Origin: Eledone cirrhosa
Lineage: Eukaryota
DNA length: 64,000 bases
Direction of reading: 5' to 3'
NCBI GenBank assembly: GCA_964016885.1
Contig: OZ024742.1
Location: 269,948,001 to 270,012,000, forward strand
In this document: piece by piece, positions 57,075-64,000 of the stretch
Numbering within the stretch: the first letter of the stretch is position 1
How the letters are laid out: the number at the start of each line of letters is the position of its first letter
The notes under the pieces: model-generated
Seen by the model: only the letters and a program-made list of their open reading frames with translations
What the model was told of the DNA's origin: nothing
Database searches by the model: none
Made by a program: the position numbers and the translations under genes

Positions 57075-57590
57075 TATATATATATATATATGCATATGTA
57101 TGCATGTATGTATGCATGTATGTATGCATGTATGTATGCATGTGCGTTTGTCTGTGTGCGTATATTCAACTGTGTATGTGTTTGCACACACGTATGTGGC
57201 CACGCATATATGAATGTATGCTTGTATGTCAGCTGAATTACTTCCAACTTGATATACGAATGTACGTATATGATTATGTATATGATTATGCATTTATATA
57301 TGTGTGTGTTTGTGCATATATATATGCACAAACACACACATATAAATGCATCCACACATATATACATAATCTTATACATACATGCGTATATCAATTTGGA
57401 AGTAATTCAGCTTACATACAAGCATACATTCATATATGCGTGGCCAAATACGTGTGTGCAAACACATACACAGTTTAATATACGCATACATACAAACGCA
57501 CATGCATACACACATGCATACATACATTCATACACAAATTCATACATACATACATACACATATATCCATGCATTCATACACACGTACATA
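57075..57590. repeat. ~500-bp imperfect palindrome centred near 57322
   Basis: gctgaattacttccaa pairs with ttggaagtaattcagc; tggccacgcatatatgaatgtatgcttgtatgt pairs with its reverse complement. Confidence 0.9.
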
Positions 57591-58957
57591 AATACATACA
57601 CAAATACGTACCGACATAAAGCATATATATATCTTACTGTAGCAGACTGAAACTAATGCAGTAAATCGCTGTTAGCGGAAATTAAACCGACAAGAACATA
57701 AGTTAAACTTATGACCTTACCGTGTTAACCTTCTGACAACAGTGTAGAAGGTTATCGTAAATTTAGTTCAGCGTAATGGTTTAAATTCCTTAATGGTTTA
57801 AATTTAGTTATTTATATGTTCACAGCCAAATTTAGTTTCGTCGGCTTCATAAAAGAATTCTTACAAGAAAAGTTTTTTTGGCTTTTAAGACAAAATCAAT
57901 ATACTTATATTTTTTTTTTAATTGCATTTCACAAACAACTACGTCTAACAGCCAGTTATATTATGAGAGATTGGTGGCACCATTACTCCTGCACTAGGCT
58001 GTAATCTTTAAGACCGTGATGCTAACCTCATAATGCTACATCTAATTGTCGTGTAAACTTATTACACGTAGCTCTCCCGTGCTGAATTATCTGTTTATTT
58101 CTTTACATATTAACAAAAAATGTAATGGTCCATTGCATTGTTTTTGTATCCCTTTATAAGTCTCAACAAAGTAAAACTTATCTGAATCGGGTGATGTTAT
58201 TGGGGTGAGCGAAGAAATCTCTCAGAAACGCATCCACAGCATGTTTTTCGAATGAAGTATATTTTCCCAACATTAAAATCAACACGCCTCCCTGCAATTG
58301 ACAACATCGTTTCCAACATACATATGCGAAAATATATCTTTTTATTATCTCTAGTACCAGCAATGTCAAATCAATACCAGCAACATCTAAAGATTATATA
58401 CCAATTGTGTTAAAAATATATTTCTTTTAATGCTGGCAATAGTAGTATCAGATGGGGAAAATATAACAAGAGGTAATCAACAATATATACTATGAGTTAA
58501 CCATGTTTTAAAGTATACAATATCGATCCATCATTCTATGAATGTTGTGTGGCCAATTGCTGGTTGATATGGATCACGTTTATAACATATAACTCTTGGA
58601 AACCAGGTAGGTTATATTAGTGCTAATATTTGTCCAAAACTTTCGTTTTCGTTACATGTTTAAATCAGATTAGATTAAATTAAGGAACGGCTATCAACGT
58701 CGGAAATATGAGAAGAGCTACTGTTTCGGCTAGTTTCTCACTAATTAGGCACGTAGTGTGGTCTAAGCGCAAATATATGAATACATCTGAGTCTGTCTGA
58801 GATGTATCCTAATTCTACAACGTTCAATTGTATAGTATTGTAACACGCAATTAATAAGGTATTGAACATACATTCTGTTTGAAGGAGCACAACAGATACA
58901 TATTAAAAACATCACCCAGACGCAAGTTCAACATCGTTATTCATGTAATAGAAAAGT

Positions 58958-59151
58958 GGGTGGTGGATTGGCGGTATCGGTAGAGAGTCGGACGCCATGC
59001 TTTGACGCATAGAATTACGGCCCTTGCCATTCTGAGTTCAAATTCTTCCGAGGTTAACTTTGCCTTTCATCCTTACGGGGTCGATGAAATAAAGTACCAG
59101 TAAAGCACTGGGTAATTGCTGGCCTTGTGCCACAAGTAGAAACAGTTATTA
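58958..59151 (+). mobile_element. tRNA-derived SINE
   Basis: A and B boxes; 15-bp TSD atgtaatagaaaagt. Confidence 0.92.
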
Positions 59152-59204
59152 ATGTAATAGAAAAGTAACGGCTCTCACTAATATATATATATATATATAT
59201 ATAT

Positions 59205-60855
59205 AGTTTTGCGAGGTTTTTGATATGAAATCGTGTGTCGAAACAAATATTGTTATATTTGGGGAGGGTCGTATTTGTGTAATATTGCCCGAATTAATAA
59301 CCGAACACACTCACTGTTTGGTTGGTTTTAGCTATTCTTCAACCCAGCTGACAAAACATATGAGATGGGTAATATCTATCCTACGAGGTTACCTTTTAAT
59401 AAAATACTTTAACAATAGACTACCTGTATTAGACACGGAACTCTGGATTAACATTATAGACGAGAGAGCCCAAATTCTCCACTCACACTATGCTAAACCC
59501 ATGGCCTCCAAATAACTGATACTCAAAAACTCAGCAATGTCCAGTAGTGCTAAGTTTAATATTCTGATCGAAGATTTGGTAGGAGTGATGAAGAATGTGT
59601 CCCGCATTTGCGACCCAACAGAAATGGAAAGACACATCCGACACTTATCAACTGCATGCAGTTCTCTGGCTACAACCAAACAGACAGATTCAGAGTATAC
59701 GAAGGAGCTATGGAGAAGTATAAGACCCTCATAGAACTGGACATGAAAGGAATTTGCCCATTATACAGGAGCAAATCATGGAATAGCTTAGATAGGGCTA
59801 GACATAAGATAGGGAAAGCCACCTCATGGTACGACAACCATAGATACCAGAGTGTCATGTTTGTGGACGCTACCCCTGGAGAGAAATTAGCTAACCAGTG
59901 TAGAAATGCCCTGAGAAAGACCCACTTAAAGATTAAGGTGGTAGAAAAATTAGGAACCACCATAAAATCCTTGATCAGCAAAACCTACCCTTTTAAGAAA
60001 ATCCACTGTACTAATAGGAAATGTATCATATGTAAGGTAAACCCCCGGATAAACTGTAAAACTAGAAACATAGTCTATAGCATAAGATGTACAGAGGGTA
60101 CTTGCAGAAACATGACAACAACATACATAGGCGAGACAGCTCGTAGCATAGGTGAAAGGATAGACCAACACTGGGGGGAACTAAAGGGACGAAAAAACGG
60201 TTCAATACTATACGAACATGCCAGACAACAACACGACGGTAGGCAAATCTGAGAGGCCAGTGAAATAGAACTTAGAAGGCCAAGGCTAAACAGAATGAAT
60301 GAATGGAATAACAACAACACCCAAACAAACAACACTGACCTAAGAGAAGTATAAATAAATAAATAGATAAATAAATAAATAAATACATACACAAGCACAA
60401 TAACAACAAACACATATAAACACACACTAGTAAAGATAGAATACATTAACCAATTCACAGTCACCCAATCACGAACACAAATCAAACAAAACACTACACA
60501 CGCAAACGCATGCGCAAAGAAGACAAAATAAAATAAACAAATAAATAAACATATAAACAGACTAAATAAAGATGGCGTAGAAAATACAATGCAACGGGAG
60601 GAAACAATATCACCACTGACGATGTTGCAGATGTGCAACGAAAGAACTTTGATAAACTATATATATGTGTTTGTGTCTATATTGTATCTGTATTATCTTT
60701 GACCGTTGGTCAGTCAATGGCAACATTAAGGACCGAATAAATTAGATTACCGATATAAAAGACACAGAAGCGAAAAGCGAAAACGAACCAAACAGTAAAT
60801 GTGTTCTGTTATTAATTCTGGCAATATTACACAAATATGACCCTCCCCAAGCATA

Positions 60856-60860
<5 letters not shown>
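59205..60860 (+). mobile_element. 5'-truncated Naiad-like PLE with inverted terminus
   Basis: RLPVLDTELW, HYAKPMAS, SVMFVDATPG, CIIC..NCKTRNIVYSIRC, YIGETARS..HARQQH. 59245-59330 is an inverted copy of 60780-60860. (TA)n on both sides. Confidence 0.9.
60608..60654 (+). ncRNA. Minimal hammerhead (+1 nt variant)
   Basis: CA-CTGACGA-T-GTTGCA/gatg/TGCAAC-GAAA-gaac-TT-TG. Confidence 0.6.
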
Positions 60861-60937
<77 letters not shown>

Positions 60938-61639
60938 AGCAAATAGTAGAGAGGAAAAAGATTTTCTCAGCAGAAAATACTGAAGAGATTATTTCAGTAT
61001 AATAACAAGATAGTTATTTAAAGATGGATATTTTCGCATTTAATAATACCAGTTTCAGCAGTATAAGCTTTTTCAACTGCAGGTACGCATAATGTAATTA
61101 TGTTGCATATTCATATAAATAATGAAAAGGGAAAGGAAACTAATTAGTTTTTACATACATATTTAGAGAGGAGTGTTCATATCTCTGTCCGTGCGTGTCC
61201 TTCGTTCTCTGTTAGTTATATATATATACATATACATACACACATATGTGTGTGTCTATGTGTGTCTCTGTGTGTGTAAACATTAAGTACAAGTAAAGAG
61301 GTTATAATTATCTTCGTTTATTCATAATCGCTGTTATATATAATCCGGTGATATACGTTATGCAACAGCTATGACCTCTTCAGGCAGCTAGAAGTTGAAT
61401 AGAAACAAACAGAAAAACATAAAGATGAAATAAAGCTTACTTTTGTTGTTTCGATTCATTCATATGTTCCGGGCTGATTATTGGTATTGCTTTCTCAAAT
61501 CATCAATTTATTTATTTTGATAGACATACGCCCTACCACTTTTCCGTCTGGCTGAGTTTGTTCAGACCCTCAATGGGTTTTCCTATTCCCGGGAATTTGT
61601 ATTCCATTCATGTTTTCTATTTAATTTTTATTTAATTTT

Positions 61640-62368
61640 GGTTGGAGTTCATTTATGTGTATTGCCTCTGTGATTTGTCTAAACATTGCGTCTTTTCTGT
61701 GTGCGATTCCATTTTTATTTCTATGTTCTCTAATTTACCCTTATGTTCTATTTTAGCATGTTGGTGGAGTACAGCTGATTCTTTACTATCTTGAAGCTCT
61801 CGTCAGTGTTTATTTATCCGTTCTCATATATTACGAGCTGCCTCACCTATGTACACTATATTCTTATCTCTAGATTGTCCTTCAGTACATCTTATGCTAT
61901 ATACTACATTTCTAGTTTTAAAATTAAATAGAAAACATGAATGGAATAGCAACATCACAACTTAAAATTAAGGACAAAATGAAAACACACACACACATAG
62001 AACAAACAACTAACCAGTAACATGTAAATAAACGAATAAATAAACAAATATAAACACACACAGACACCCGGATATAACACATGCGCAAACTAAGCACACA
62101 ACACACACAAAAACAAGATGGCGTAGGACAGAACAAAGGGGTGGCACAAAATCAAAGAAAATAATCCACAGTCACTGAAGAGGTCACATCATGTGTGACG
62201 AAAGAACTTTGACAATATATGAACAATCGTCTGGTTGTGGAACCAACCAACCAACCGGAAATTTATAAATTCCTAAATTTATGAATTTAATTTATAATAA
62301 ATTGAAGTGAAAACGACTGGTACGTGTGTTTCTTATTGGCAACATGACCCTCCCAAAGCATAACAATA
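61640..62368. mobile_element. Inverted pair of Naiad-like fragments
   Basis: Minus strand 61640-61920 reads KTRNVVYSIRC..YIGEAAR. Plus strand 61930-62368 is 3' UTR ending at (TA)n. Confidence 0.85.
62171..62213 (+). ncRNA. Minimal hammerhead (+1 nt variant)
   Basis: GTCA-CTGAAGA-G-GTCACAT/cat/GTGTGAC-GAAA-gaac-TT-TGAC. Confidence 0.68.
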
Positions 62369-62374
62369 TATATA

Positions 62375-62451
<77 letters not shown>

Positions 62452-62519
62452 GTATATGCATATGAGTATATATATTATATATATACCCATATGCATATAC
62501 ATATATATTTAACTTTGTC

Positions 62520-64000
62520 TTTATAGGTTACGGCAGGTATTGACCCACCACATGTCTATTTTAATAGCTCCGCCAGGCGAAGACTTCAAAATCATGATTC
62601 ACACCATAGTCAGGTTTTGGACATCATGGCCCAGTAAGGTAGAGAGTCATTGTTTTCAGAGACATATCCGTGTTGGAGGCTTGGCCAGAATTTCATGGAG
62701 AAGTTTGTCCAAAGACATTTTGAATTTTACGGGATCCTTTACTCTCTTTATGAATTTTGGTGTTATCGAAGATAGCGGAACCAGTTGATGTCAAACAAAT
62801 GTACCGTAATATTGTTATAATACGCCAGTTTAATTTGTGTAGTGGGCGGGTAACACAGGACCCACGACTTACGTGGATTTAAAGAGGATGCTAATACCAT
62901 TTGAACAATACTGATGAACTGTTTTTCATATCAGGCATATAATATATCGCTCATTGCGGCGTTGGAGGTTTTGACATTTTCTACTCGAACCCAATAATCT
63001 AGGCCTGTGTTGCGATCTATTATTTGTGTAATTGACCGTTGGTGTTCTTCAGATTTCACAATACTTTCTTTCATGTGGGGAGACAAGAGTGTAAAACAAT
63101 AATACTCAAGGTGGGACTGAGTAAAGATAGAGAAGAGAAGGATTATGGTATGAATATGTCTGAAACGGAAAGTTCGGAAAATCCAGGACAACATTTCGTG
63201 GTCTATGTAAGTATTGTTATTTATATCAGTGGCTAATCTTACGTTGATATCAATAATTACTCTAAGGTCCCTGGTATTTTTCTGTGTCACTAGGGTTTGA
63301 CCAGCGGGAAGTGAATATGAGAGTTTCAATTCATCCATATTTCCAAAGTGGAGTAGGCCAAATTTACCCTCGTTCAGTCACATATTATTTCCGTGCTTTG
63401 TATAATAGCAAGTAGTTTCGATTGAAGGCCTGCTCTGTCTCTCGCTGCGTTGATGACTTTCTGTATCTTGGAATCATATGTGAAGTTTCTCGCGCTAATG
63501 CGCTTGATGACGTCGAAAAATCATAGATAAGAAAACAAATAGGCCCAAAACATTGCCTTATTTTGTCCGAGATTGACCATATTCTTTCAATTAAAACATG
63601 TTATGTTTTGGTTGTCAGGAAACACTTGATCCATTGCAGTAACATTCCAGGAACAGAAATGTTTGGTAGTTTTTCCAACAGAAAGTTATCGACCCTGTCA
63701 AAAGCCTTGCTGAAATCATGTTATATGCCATCAGTGATGGAGACCTCTCCTAAATCTCTTAAAATATAATCAAATGATACCATATTGGTTGGAGTTTAGC
63801 AGATTGTTGCTTTCGAGGAAGTGGGTTATTCGTATATTCACCACCCTCTCAAATAAGTTGATGATATGAGAGGTGATTGAGATCGGGGAGTAATTCACTG
63901 CAAGAGACTTGTTTCCGCTTTCGAAAATTGGAACAGTAGATTGGGACATAACATTTTCAGGGTTATAGCATGTGTGCAGCGAGTACCTTATTAGATGAGT
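62520..64000 (-). mobile_element. CR1/L2-group LINE RT fragment running off the window edge
   Basis: NYSPISITSH, DFSKAFDRVD, RDLRVIID, WIFRTF, HLEYYC. Confidence 0.85.

Noticed and set aside
57650-58900. Host exons
   Set aside because: Only short ORFs and isolated splice-like motifs, with no recognisable product.
58958-59060. tRNA gene
   Set aside because: The A and B boxes belong to a SINE head with TSDs, and no cloverleaf is evident.
60250-60252. In-frame TGA as selenocysteine in a Naiad-like ORF (also 26554 and 26691)
   Set aside because: These positions align to Arg, Lys and Trp in sister copies, not Cys. No SECIS element was recognised.
61310-61390. Minus-strand CTGAAGA with a long hairpin
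   Set aside because: GAAA and stems I and III are not recoverable; at best a decayed copy.

Overview
AT-rich, repeat-saturated animal genomic DNA with no intact host gene. The (TA)n/(CA)n load and the repeat types suggest a cephalopod, probably an octopod (inference). Most ORFs in the track are microsatellite artefacts. Positions 1-31.7 kb and 59-62.4 kb are dense with Penelope-like elements (PLEs) of about three lineages (Hydra-like, Neptune-like, Naiad-like), nearly all abutting (TA)n tracts. Many show inverted or tandem pseudo-LTRs, and at least ten carry type I hammerhead ribozyme folds with different core variants (canonical, U3:A8, +1 nt insertion, long stem II). Positions 32-56.5 kb hold decayed LINEs (Tx1/L1-like, R4/Dong-like, CR1/Jockey-like) chained through (AAT)n tails, with an RTE fragment near 28.3 kb and a CR1-like fragment at the right edge. 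There are six copies of a tRNA-derived SINE (five with TSDs), a non-autonomous Helitron with a 93-bp minisatellite, a ~500-bp palindrome and a possible decayed (proto)cadherin remnant. All calls were made by eye and boundaries are approximate.
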